From Octopus sinensis (taxonomy: Eukaryota): DNA of 20,780 nucleotides. Position numbers and translations under genes: made by a program. The stretch's first letter is position 1. Each line of letters begins with the position of its first letter. The stretch lies in contig NW_021823895.1 in assembly GCF_006345805.1 (NCBI RefSeq), positions 1-20,780 of the forward strand, in the 5' to 3' direction. A model generated the notes under the pieces. It ran no database searches. It had not been told where the DNA came from and saw only the letters and a list, made by a program, of their open reading frames with translations. Below are positions 8,079-17,361 of the stretch, in pieces.

Positions 8079-9363
8079 CGAGGGGCGTTTCAATAAGTAA
8101 TGCCTCTGACCCACTTGCCTTTGTTTGATCTAGCTGAAATTTTGCATGTGCACTTATTGATATTTCTATAGATTAAGTGGCAAATTATAGCTCCGAACTA
8201 ATTGTGGTTTCTGATTTACAGGTGTTTGAAATGAGTCCAAGTGGGAAATGGAGCATGTTTGAGTGTCGAGCAGTGATCCGGTTTTTGTATTTGAAATGAC
8301 GCACACCACAGGAGACTTTTAAGAAATGAAAGTAACTTATGGTGATGATGCCCCATCATGACCTTGTAAAACGCTGGCATCGTGAATTCAAACATGGTCG
8401 GAACTCTGTGGAAACAGCTCCCAGATCTGGTCGCACCCCTTCTGCCATTGATGAGGCATCGTCCGTCAAGTTGAGGCTGCCATTTTGGAAGATCGACGCA
8501 TAACTATTCGCCAAATAGCCCATGAGGTCAAGATTAGTACCGGGTCTGTGGAAACTATCATTCATACCATTTGCATATGCAAAAGGTGTCTGCCAGATGG
8601 ATTTCCAGGTTGCTCACACTTTTCCAGAAGCAAAACGCAAGAATTCCAGAAGCAAGAATTTAGGGATGTGCCAAGAAGATGAGTCAAAATTTTTCAAAAG
8701 ACTGATTACACAGGATGAGATTGGGTCCATCACTATGATCCAGAGACCCAAGCCCAGTCAATGCAGTGGAAGCACCATGACTCAGCTCCTCCAAAGAAGG
8801 CAAGGGTGCAGCCCTCCGCGGCAAGGTCATGCTCACAGTCTTCTGGGACCAGGACGGAGTAGTGATGACAGATTTCCTGGCAAGGGTACCACAATTACAG
8901 GAGCCTATCATGTTTCACTTTTGAGGAAATTAAGAGAAGCTATCGAAACCAAGAGGCGGGGCAAGATCAGCAAAGGCATCCTCGTCCTGCAGGACAACGC
9001 TCCGGTCCAGAACTCGCGTGTCGCCAGATCAGAAGCACAGGCGTGCGGCTATGAACTCTTCCCCCATCCCCCTACTCTCCCTGACCTTGCACACCCTCTA
9101 TTTCACCTCTTCCCAGCCATGAAGTTATTTTGAAAGGAAAGTGTTTCCCAGATGATGCAGCCTTGATTTCTGAAGTCACGTCGTGGTTGGAGACCAAGCT
9201 GGGTTCTTCTACGAAAACGGTCTCCAGAACTGCATCAAACGATGGGAGAAATGCGTACCTCTGGGTTGTTCCTATGTGGAAAAAGACTAATACCTGTGCC
9301 AAGTTTCGTTGCTCTACTGCTATGGGAAGTGGGTCAGGGGCATTACTTATTGAACGCCCCTCG
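8079..9363 (+). mobile_element. Full-length mariner (Tc1/mariner) transposon
   Basis: TIRs CGAGGGGCGTTTCAATAAGTAATGCCTCTGACCCACT (8079-8115) and its reverse complement at 9328-9363, differing by 1 indel and 1 mismatch. TA on both sides (8077-8078, 9364-9365). 1285 bp. The TIR start resembles the Hsmar2/irritans type (recalled similarity). Confidence 0.95.
8248..9290 (+). pseudogene. Mariner transposase, multiply frameshifted
   Basis: Fragments across frames: ECRAVIRFLYLK (HTH), APRSGRTP, RRITIRQIA, ARWISRLL (WVPRxL-like), LITQDE, VFWD..G, LQDNAP and PHPP..PDLA, which are the mariner DDD motifs. Several frameshifts, and a stop near 8288. Confidence 0.9.
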
Positions 9364-9409
9364 TAAATGATATTCAAATAGTATGTATATGTGTGTGTGT
9401 GTGTGTGTG

Positions 9410-9443
<34 letters not shown>

Positions 9444-9474
9444 ATGTATGTATGTATGTATATGAATATATATA

Positions 9475-9674
9475 TTAGGTTGGTGCATAATTATTGCGGC
9501 TTTTTTCAATAAATTTTATTCTACAAAAACAATAACAACATTTAACAAAAACATATTTAAATGCTTATTCCGGACCATATTCACCATCTACTTCAATTTC
9601 TGCTTGGCATTTTGTGTAATTTTTGGGGGTGAATAGCATTTATTGAAAAAAAAGCCGCAGTAATTATACACCAG

Positions 9675-9679
<5 letters not shown>
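9475..9679 (-). mobile_element. Mariner-derived MITE or internal deletion derivative (Hsmar1/MADE1-like TIR)
   Basis: TIRs 9475-9514 (TTAGGTTGGTGCATAATTATTGCGGCTTTT...) and 9638-9679, with TA on both flanks. The minus strand at 9612-9565 encodes KCQAEIEVDGEYGPE*, like a mariner transposase C-terminus. Confidence 0.88.
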
Positions 9680-9737
<58 letters not shown>

Positions 9738-9739
<2 letters not shown>

Positions 9740-9936
9740 GGAGTAAACACATAAATGTGAAACAAGGTGGAAAAAAAGAGTACTCAAATACCAGTGGTAG
9801 AGTAATATGCTTTATTTAAAGCAGCAGAAAATTCCATAAAACCTGTTACTCTGAGTTTCGCAAAAACTGTCCGACGAACGGCAACGCGAAACTCAGAGTA
9901 ACAGGTTTTGTGGAATTTTCTGCTGCTTTAATGAAG
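9738..9936 (+). mobile_element. (TA)n-embedded insert with 45-bp inverted repeat and hammerhead variant (Penelope-like element fragment)
   Basis: Arms 9817-9861 and 9886-9930 match at 44/45 positions with a 24-nt loop. The + strand at 9867-9904 reads CTGT-CCGACGA-ACG(GCAA)CGC-GAAACTC-A-GAGTA-ACAG. Long (TA)n on both sides. Confidence 0.6.
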
Positions 9937-10022
<86 letters not shown>

Positions 10023-10077
10023 TTATAATAATAATAATATATGTATATATATATATATATATGATATATCCTTATAG

Positions 10078-10138
10078 TTCACACGAATGGAACTTTTCAA
10101 GTGACGGACATCCAGCTACTGATTTTGAAAACCGAAAA
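10078..10138 (+). CDS. Lipoxygenase exon 4 in window (SHEWNFSSDGHPATDFENRK)
   Basis: cttatAG acceptor (10076-10077), GTaagc donor (10139). Phase 2 start and phase 0 end exactly bridge exons 3 and 5. Fits the W-x-F...P-x-D-x3-R segment of lipoxygenases. Confidence 0.85.
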
Positions 10139-11076
10139 GTAAGCCTTTCTCTTTTTCTTGATTTCTCAGAGTTCTAATTTCAAATCCTGCGGTTCCAACT
10201 ATAAATTTATGTTCACAGTTTCGATGTTAGTAAAGAATTGCTAGTTTAGATTAGATAAATGGAATTACTAGAACCAGAGCGAAGTGGCTTTCAGTATTTC
10301 TTCTGAGTCTTTGTATCCGGACAACAACACCTGAAACGGCTGTCATTCCAACATCTCTCGGCCTTGTCTTGCCTTTTGGACGGCATCGGTGGCGGGAGAT
10401 GAGAGACTTGCATACGTGAATATCTGTGTAGTCTTGCATTAAAATAAAAATATTTGCCCAAGTCTGTGACAGAAGACTTCCAGTTTCAGAAACATAATAT
10501 CACATGACATTGGGTGGCTACTGTTATGATATATTTTAATAATGAACCGGAGATTACTGGAAAGAAATGTATTTCTCATCGGGCATTTTCTGATTGCTTC
10601 GTTTCTTACCAGTTCTTTTAAGAAATTTTTCCACAACGCAGTATTTTTTTTTTCTTGTAGGTAATAGATTTTATCCATTAAATGTATTTTTCTTGGAATT
10701 TTCTTGAAAACCCCTCACCTGGTAACTTTTTTCTTTTGGAGAAAGCGTTTCATTTTCAGACGAATATTTTTATGGCTTTTTTCTATAATTGAAAATCTCA
10801 TCTGATGTATCCGGGTTTCCAATAGAAGGTTCATACTCATAGTTATCTCCTGAGTTCGACATCTGGCGTAATTTGTAAAAGAAAGAAAAAACAGAAAATG
10901 AAAACGAGAAATGCCGAGAATTGATGTATAACGATATCTGTGACAGGTTTTGAAATTATATGCTTTGGACGAGTTTACTTGTTACACTCTGAAAAAGACA
11001 AATAAGTGAAGACAATTCGTCTTTGCCGGGTAAGGGGTTAAACAATTCATCAACAATGGTAATATAGTCAACACGT

Positions 11077-11696
11077 AAGGCGGCGAACAGGCAGAATCGT
11101 TAGCACGCCGGACGAAAGGCGTAGCCGTATTTCGTCTGCCGTTACGTTCAGAGTTCAAATTCCGCCGAGGTCGACTTTGCCTTTCATCCCTTCGGGGTCG
11201 ATAAATTAAGTACCAGTTACGCACTGGGGTCGATTTAAGTCGACTTAGTCCGTGTATCTGTCCTTGCTTGTCCTCTCTGTGTTGTGGGTAGTAAAGAAAT
11301 AGAAATAGGTATTTCGTCTGCCGTTATGTTCTGAGTTCAAATTCCGCCGAGGTCGACTTTGCCTTTCATCCTTTCGGAGTCGATAAATTAAATACCAGTT
11401 ACGCACTGGGATCGATATAATCGACTTAATCCGTTTGTCTGTCCTTCTTTGTCCCCTCTATGTTTAGCCCCTTGTGGGCAATAAAGAAATAAGAATCGAT
11501 AGCCCACCGGGCGAAATGCTTAGTGGTATTTCGTCTGTCTTTGCGTTCTGTGTTTAAATTCCGCCGAGGTCGACTTTTCCTTTCATCCTTTCGGAGTCGA
11601 TAAATAAAGTACTAGTTGCGTACTGGGGTTAATCCAATCGACTGCCCCACCCACCCAACAAAATTTTGAGCTTTATGCCTGGAGTAGAAAAGAATA
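11077..11696 (+). mobile_element. Three tandem units of the tRNA-derived Deu/Nin-like-core SINE
   Basis: Head AAGGCGGCGAACAGGCAGAA (A box) and GAGTTCAAATTCC (B box), core GCCTTTCATCCTTTCGG.GTCGATAAATTAA.TACCAG. Units at about 11077-11308, 11309-11493 and 11494-11696. Confidence 0.9.
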
Positions 11697-11764
11697 TAAG
11701 CAACACGTTTCTCTGGCGCAACTCAGTTTCGTTGAGAACATATTCCTCTGCTTTCTAATTTCAG

Positions 11765-11870
11765 GTTGACGACCCGAAAGTTTTACCCAAATACTATTTC
11801 AGAGATGATTCGCTTGTATTGTACAACGCAATACATAAGTATGTCTCAAGCTACATAGATATCTACTATG
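11765..11870 (+). CDS. Lipoxygenase exon 5 in window (VDDPKVLPKYYFRDDSLVLYNAIHKYVSSYIDIYY-A)
   Basis: tttcAG acceptor (11763-11764), GTaatt donor (11871). Contains the conserved LP-x-Y-x-[YF]-RDD and YY motifs. Confidence 0.93.
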
Positions 11871-11915
11871 GTAATTATATCGGTTTGGTTTATTTCTTTT
11901 ATGTTATATGTATTA

Positions 11916-11945
11916 CTAGCAGAGTTACCCAGCGTTGCCCGAGTT
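11916..11945 (-). mobile_element. 3' terminus of a non-autonomous Helitron (5' end not located)
   Basis: The minus strand reads CTCGGGCAACGCTGGGTAACTCTGCTAG followed by T, the same hairpin plus CTAG end as the elements at 15003 and 15897. The body probably extends rightwards towards about 12370. Confidence 0.65.
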
Positions 11946-12372
11946 ACATACAATTGAAGAATTAGACTTTTCTGTTATATTTTCTGTAATGAACTGGAAT
12001 ACCTATGTTTCGAATTTCATCAAAATTGCAGATGAGGGTTATTTCCCTCTTTATACACCCTGAAAAAAATTGTAATCGTGCCACATGTATCCCATACTAA
12101 TGATTGTTATGCGCATATTCCAAAATTCCAGTCTCATAGAACCTGTTGAAAGGATTTTGCTCCTGAAAAATGGAGGTGATGGAGCTCTAAAATGTGAGAG
12201 TTAAGGCCCCTGTTGGGGTGGGCATCTTAATGTGAACCAGAGAAGTTGAATTGTTGAGAATCTTTTTAACTTGGGTCTTATATCTTTGAGAAAACTTGTA
12301 AAGAAGACGTGCCACACGGAATAAATACCAGAAGTCAGTACACAATCGCAGCATACATAGCGTCCTGTTGAT

Positions 12373-12782
12373 AAGGCGGTGAGCTGGCAGAAACGTTAGC
12401 ACGCCTGGCGGTATTTCGTCAGTCTTTACGTTGTGAGTTCAATTTCCGCGGATGTCAACTTTTCCTTTCATCCTTTCGGGATCAATTAAATAAGTACCAG
12501 TTACGCACTGGGATCGATATAATCGACTTAATCCGTCTGTCTGTCCTTGTTTGTCCCCTCTGTGTTTAGCCCCTTGTGGGTAGTAAAGAAATAAGTATTT
12601 CATCTGTCTTTACGTTCTGAGTTCAAATTCCGCCGAGGTCAACTTTGCCTTTCACTCTTTCGGGATCGATTAAATAAGTACCAGCTACGCACTGGGGTCG
12701 ATATAATCGACCTAATCCGTTCGTCTGTCCTTGTTTGTCCTCTGTGTTTAGCCCCTTGTGGGTAGTAAAGAAATAGAAATAG
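12373..12782 (+). mobile_element. Dimeric Deu/Nin-like-core SINE
   Basis: Head AAGGCGGTGAGCTGGCAGAA. The second unit starts at GTATTTC (12595), directly after AAAGAAATAA. Confidence 0.9.
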
Positions 12783-13049
12783 ATATATAGGGAGCGGCAG
12801 AAAGCAACTTACTGCCACGTTGGGGACAGAACACGTGACGCAAGAGCAGCAGATGAATCCATTTCTTTTCTTTTTATCGATTTAGAAATTGAAAAACGAA
12901 TTGAAGGAACGAGAATCTGTTACAGATGACCGCTTTTTTACTTTTAATTTGTTTTTGTTTTTTGGGGGGTTTTTTTGTCAAAACTGAAACCATACTATAT
13001 TTGTACAGGACTTTTTCTAATTATATTTCTGTTTTAATTACAAATTCAG

Positions 13050-13135
13050 CTGATGAAAACGATGTAAATAATGACTGGGAGATACAAAACTGGATCGAAA
13101 GTTTAGCCGTAGGACACGAGAATGGAGGTTTAGAG
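13050..13135 (+). CDS. Lipoxygenase exon 6 in window (DENDVNNDWEIQNWIESLAVGHENGGLE)
   Basis: ttcAG acceptor (13048-13049), GTaaat donor (13136). Has the D-x-E-[IL]-Q-x-W motif. Phase 1 start, phase 0 end. Confidence 0.9.
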
Positions 13136-13306
13136 GTAAATGATGTTTATAATTATTGGAGACTGGTTGTTGTTGTTGTTACTGTTGTTGTCCGTGAACT
13201 TGTATAAAATTAGGGTTCCTTATTTTTCTCAACATCCCTACGCCGGACCGTTCCACCTGTTAGTTCTATAAGTCAACACACCTTTATTATTACAACCTTT
13301 TTACAG

Positions 13307-13489
13307 GGTTTACCAATGAAAGATGGCAAAGGTCACGTGTCTTCAAAGGAAGAATTAAAAGAGATTCTAGCCATAATTATCTTCACCTGTAGCGTGACAC
13401 ATGCCGCTGTCAATTTCCTGCAGTATGAAGAATATGGTTTCCCTGCAAATTATCCAGCGACACTAAACACACCATTGTTAAAAGACAAA
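13307..13489 (+). CDS. Lipoxygenase exon 7 in window (GLPMKDGKGHVSSKEELKEILAIIIFTCSVTHAAVNFLQYEEYGFPANYPATLNTPLLKDK)
   Basis: ttttacAG acceptor (13305-13306), GTaagt donor (13490). IIFTCS..HAAVNF.QY motif with iron ligands His (13400-13402) and Asn (13412-13414) intact. Confidence 0.95.
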
Positions 13490-13933
13490 GTAAGTTTATT
13501 TTTCGTTTTTTTTTATAGAATAATATTTGATATAGCTTGTTAATGAGTGCTAGTGTGCGATAATAAAATATGCAATATGTGATAATATGATCATGTATTA
13601 ATTTATAACATGTAATAACGTGTGATAATGCATTGCAACTTTAGGAATAATGCCTACGTAAAGTACTTTCAATACAGTAAAAATAAGAGGCCCCACAACA
13701 AACCACAGCACATACCCAAGGCTTACAGAGCTGCACCCGGTAGTGCAGTGAAAGCATGTGATAAAAAAATCCGAAACCTCATTCGTATCAGTATTAGTTT
13801 CCTAGCTAAATATCTAACGTCAATTATTTTAACAAAATGTGGTATTTTCAATTCCTTATTATTGATAGTTTGAATTAAAGATTGGTTTATTTTCCTCTTT
13901 CTTCTTTTCGTTTTCGCCATTTTACATCGATAG

Positions 13934-14097
13934 GATCCTAAAACGGAGAGCGATATCATTGCTGCTCTCCCTAATAAAGAAGAAACTTTCAACATGGTGA
14001 CACTCACACGCATACTCAGTGAAAGAGCAACTAAGTCGTTGGGTAATTTTGAAACACAGTATATCTACGACCCGAAAGCAGTTGGCTGTGTCAAATG
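13934..14097 (+). CDS. Lipoxygenase exon 8 in window (DPKTESDIIAALPNKEETFNMVTLTRILSERATKSLGNFETQYIYDPKAVGCVK-C)
   Basis: cgatAG acceptor (13932-13933), GTaagt donor (14098). Open in the required phase, with the LP...LS...LG pattern of the lipoxygenase C-terminal region. Confidence 0.9.
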
Positions 14098-14340
14098 GTA
14101 AGTATAAATATTAAATTGTACGAAAATATATATACAAGGCCATGTGATATTAGGAGGCTCTCCAATACGTCATAATGTTGTGTTCATTAATATGTGATAA
14201 CGTAATATGTGATAACAATGGTTAATGTGATGTGGTGTGAGAACGTGATATGATACGATAATGATAAAGTGAGTAAACATTTAATAACGTGGAAATGGTG
14301 TCATAATTTGTGATGGCATCATATGTGATACCATGTAATA

Positions 14341-14554
14341 ATCTTTTCTACTCTAGGCACAAGGCTGGAAATTTGGGGGGAGGGGGCCAGTCGATTAGAT
14401 CGACCCAAGTGTGCAACTGGTATTTCATTTATCGACCTCGAAAGGATGAGAGGCAAAATCGACCTCCTCGGAATTTGAACTCAGAACGTAAAGACAGACG
14501 TAATACTGCTAAGCATTTCGCCCTGCATGTTAACGTTTCTGCCAGCTCACCGCC
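14341..14554 (-). mobile_element. Monomeric Deu/Nin-like-core SINE
   Basis: The reverse complement begins GGCGGTGAGCTGGCAGAAACGTTAAC and has the GAGTTCAAATTCC B box, the core, and the ..GTGCCTAGAGTAGAAAAGAT tail also seen in the third unit at 11494. Confidence 0.9.
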
Positions 14555-15002
14555 GTAGATACATGAAATATATATGTGACATTGTGTAGCATATATGTGA
14601 AAATGCAAGAATATATTACGTAATAACATGTGAGATCAGTATTATCTGTTAATATCATATAATGTATGGTGTTAACGTGAGATGGTATGTGTTAATACGA
14701 CATATAATATGTAATACTATGTGATAATCAATGATAATATACGGCAATGCAGTAATATGCGATTAATATACAATAGTATGCAATAAAGAAATAATGTTAT
14801 ATCTTAATATCTGCAAGTATTGGATAGCAGTATGTGATAAATTTCATAAAAAGAAATCGTATTATAACGTGGCAACATGTGATATGTCGTGTTATATGTC
14901 AATATGGATTAATACGTGATATAATGTGATAATGTGATAACATCTGATATAAATGACAACAGTATATTGTCATGTATACCATATAGAGTGTTCTTGTGCT
15001 AA

Positions 15003-15394
15003 TCTCTCTCTATATAAAGCTGAAGTTGTCTGTGTATGGCAAGTTTGGTAGCTTTCAACTAACAGTATCTCCTCAGAGACTCTGTGGTGCAAGTTGACCA
15101 AAATTGAAAGTATGATAGAAGAAGGCTTGTTCTTCCTTCCGTAAGAGAAGAAATTCAAATCGGACCATGTTAACACCAAAAATTATTTACATCAAAAAGG
15201 TGCTTTTTTTCTATGAAAATCTCTATATTTTACGATTTTTTGACTGCTGTGTCGCCATTTTTCGGTGTATTTCAACCAGAAAAATGTTCACTTAAAGAGA
15301 ATAACAAGCTACATAATGCAAAACTTTTACTTTTTAAAAATTCCACTTCTAAAGGGTCCAAACAAAACCGAGCAACGCCGGGCGATACTGCTAG
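15003..15394 (+). mobile_element. Non-autonomous Helitron
   Basis: Starts TC after A (15002), has the subterminal GC-rich hairpin CCGAGCAACGCCGG, and ends CTAG before T (15395). No TSD. 392 bp. Confidence 0.8.
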
Positions 15395-15735
15395 TGTTTG
15401 ATAATGTTTGATAATATATTTAAAATGTGTGAATTTGTATGACTGAGTGTGAAAACGGGAATATGTGAAAATTTTATTATGTTTGATAAAAATGTTAAGT
15501 TTTAATGTTTAACAATATGAAAATTATAAAATATCTGAGACTGGCGAAGAGCAAGTGATAAAACCTTGGTACATTTTATTCTTGACTGGCACCGTTTAGA
15601 TGAAAAACTGACAAGGTCTCAGTGGTGGATACTACCAAATGTGCTCTGTACACAGACAGAATTTAATCTGTATTAAAATCTCGTTATATTTTTCTTATTT
15701 CTTTTTTCTTCTCGTTCTCTCTTTTTCTATTTTAG

Positions 15736-15850
15736 TTTCCAGTCAGATTTGAAAAGAATTAGTGACGAAATTAGAAGAAGAAACAAGACCTTAGAGAAAC
15801 CTTACGAAGTCTTGGACCCTGTCAACATTCCTAATGCTATCAGCATTTAA
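15736..15850 (+). CDS. Lipoxygenase terminal exon (FQSDLKRISDEIRRRNKTLEKPYEVLDPVNIPNAISI*)
   Basis: Long pyrimidine tract plus tttAG (15734-15735). F-x2-L-x2-I-x3-I-x2-RN...PY-x2-L-x-P and a C-terminal PNAISI whose Ile carboxylate is the usual iron ligand. TAA at 15848-15850. The nine exons total 1023 nt = 340 codons plus stop. Confidence 0.95.
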
Positions 15851-15896
15851 ATGTATGTGTGCATGTGTGTGTGTATACATAGTATATTATACTATA

Positions 15897-16290
15897 TCTT
15901 TATATATAAAAGAGAGGTTGTGTGTCTGTCTCCTACGATTTAGATTCCTAACTACTCCCACATTTTGCGGTGCAGTTTAACCAAAACCGGGTATCTTATA
16001 GTCGTGATTCATATCGAGCCCTTCTGGGTATTAGCGCGCGTCTACGATGAGTCTACGATTTTTAAAAAAATACCATCATTTTTTCCATTTTAATGCATTT
16101 TTTCGCTATTATATAAGGGAAGTAACTCTCTAAAAATGTCTACAATGAGTCAACGATTTTTAAAAAAATTTACCACAATATTTTTCCATTTTTAATGCAT
16201 TTTTTTGCTATATTTTGGCTATAACTCTCTAAAAATGCTTATATAGTTATTTCCCTTACAAATCCGAGCAACGCCGGGCGATATTGCTAG
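15897..16290 (+). mobile_element. Non-autonomous Helitron in the putative lipoxygenase 3' UTR
   Basis: A|TC start and CCGAGCAACGCCGGGCGATATTGCTAG|T end. Internal ~105-bp direct duplication (TCTAC.ATGAGTC.ACGATTTTTAAAAAAAT...AACTCTCTAAAAATG twice). 394 bp. Confidence 0.8.
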
Positions 16291-16333
16291 TTATATTATA
16301 TATCATTATACTACAATATACTATATTATTTTA

Positions 16334-16339
16334 AATAAA
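16334..16339 (+). promoter_or_regulatory. Candidate polyadenylation signal of the lipoxygenase gene
   Basis: First canonical AATAAA I find downstream of the stop codon. No transcript evidence available. Confidence 0.3.
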
Positions 16340-16950
16340 TTTAAAAACTTCACAAATGACTATTTTGTGTTTCAAATTATTGATCATCAGACAGAAATGA
16401 TCATTTAAATGATTAGTTACGGAAAACACTGACTCACACATGTATGCGCGGGGGGGTTGTTAAGGATTATTAGATTCAAAAGTGCTATGTTCATTTGCCT
16501 AGGTAAATAATCTCTCCTTGTTCACCTTTGAAAACAAGAACCATTTTCTTTTGTAGTGTTCGCCTATACAAATACAAACCCTCTGTTTTAATAATCCTGC
16601 ATTCGCTACTCACAATCTAATACCCTTAATCAATTAGATTCAAAGATATATGTCTTCTCACAAGATATTTATTAGCAACATGCATTGGCTGTACTCTGCG
16701 CCCTTTTTTTTCCAAAACATTTCGGACTTCCAATCATAAATATTGCCACACACTATTAAGTTTATATAAAAGAAATAATAATAATAATGATATGAGCCTG
16801 GGTAGATATCAGCAAGACCCGTGAAGCGGATAAGCTCGTTGCGGGTCTTGTTATCTCTCTACAAAATTGTGTATTGAGTCTTTAAATCCTTGTTTGAGAT
16901 ATGGTCTTCCCAGATGTATAGGTGCATATACATATACATATACACTATAC

Positions 16951-16982
<32 letters not shown>

Positions 16983-17051
16983 TATATATATATATATATA
17001 CTTATATATATATAACTTTATTATATATATATATAACTTTATATCTTATAT

Positions 17052-17099
<48 letters not shown>

Positions 17100-17100
17100 T

Positions 17101-17305
17101 AAAGTTAATCCAAACAAGAAAGCACAAAAAAAACACAATAACGCGAGGACGTGTAACAAATATTAGTATTATTGGACGCTCAGGAAAGAGGAGGGATTAA
17201 CGTTTCGAGCGGAGCTCTTCGTCGGAAACATAGGAGAAGCAAAGATCCAGAGAAGGGAAGACAGAGGAAAAAAATCGCCAACGATACACACGCGGTCACA
17301 TTTTG
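17101..17305 (-). mobile_element. (TA)n-embedded insert with degenerate hammerhead variant, related to the 6665 insert
   Basis: The minus strand at 17225-17199 reads CCGACGA-A-GAGC(TCC)GCTC-GAAAC-GTT, but stem I is only 2 bp. (TA)n on both sides. Confidence 0.55.
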
Positions 17306-17322
17306 ATATATATATATTAGAT

Positions 17323-17361
<39 letters not shown>

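Noticed and set aside
10251-10678. Minus-strand ORFs with IYHNSSHP, reminiscent of a Penelope RT C-terminal Y-x-H-x2-S-x-HP motif
   Set aside because: One short motif only, and no RT or GIY-YIG motifs recognisable nearby. A tBLASTn or HMM hit to Penelope ORFs would be needed.
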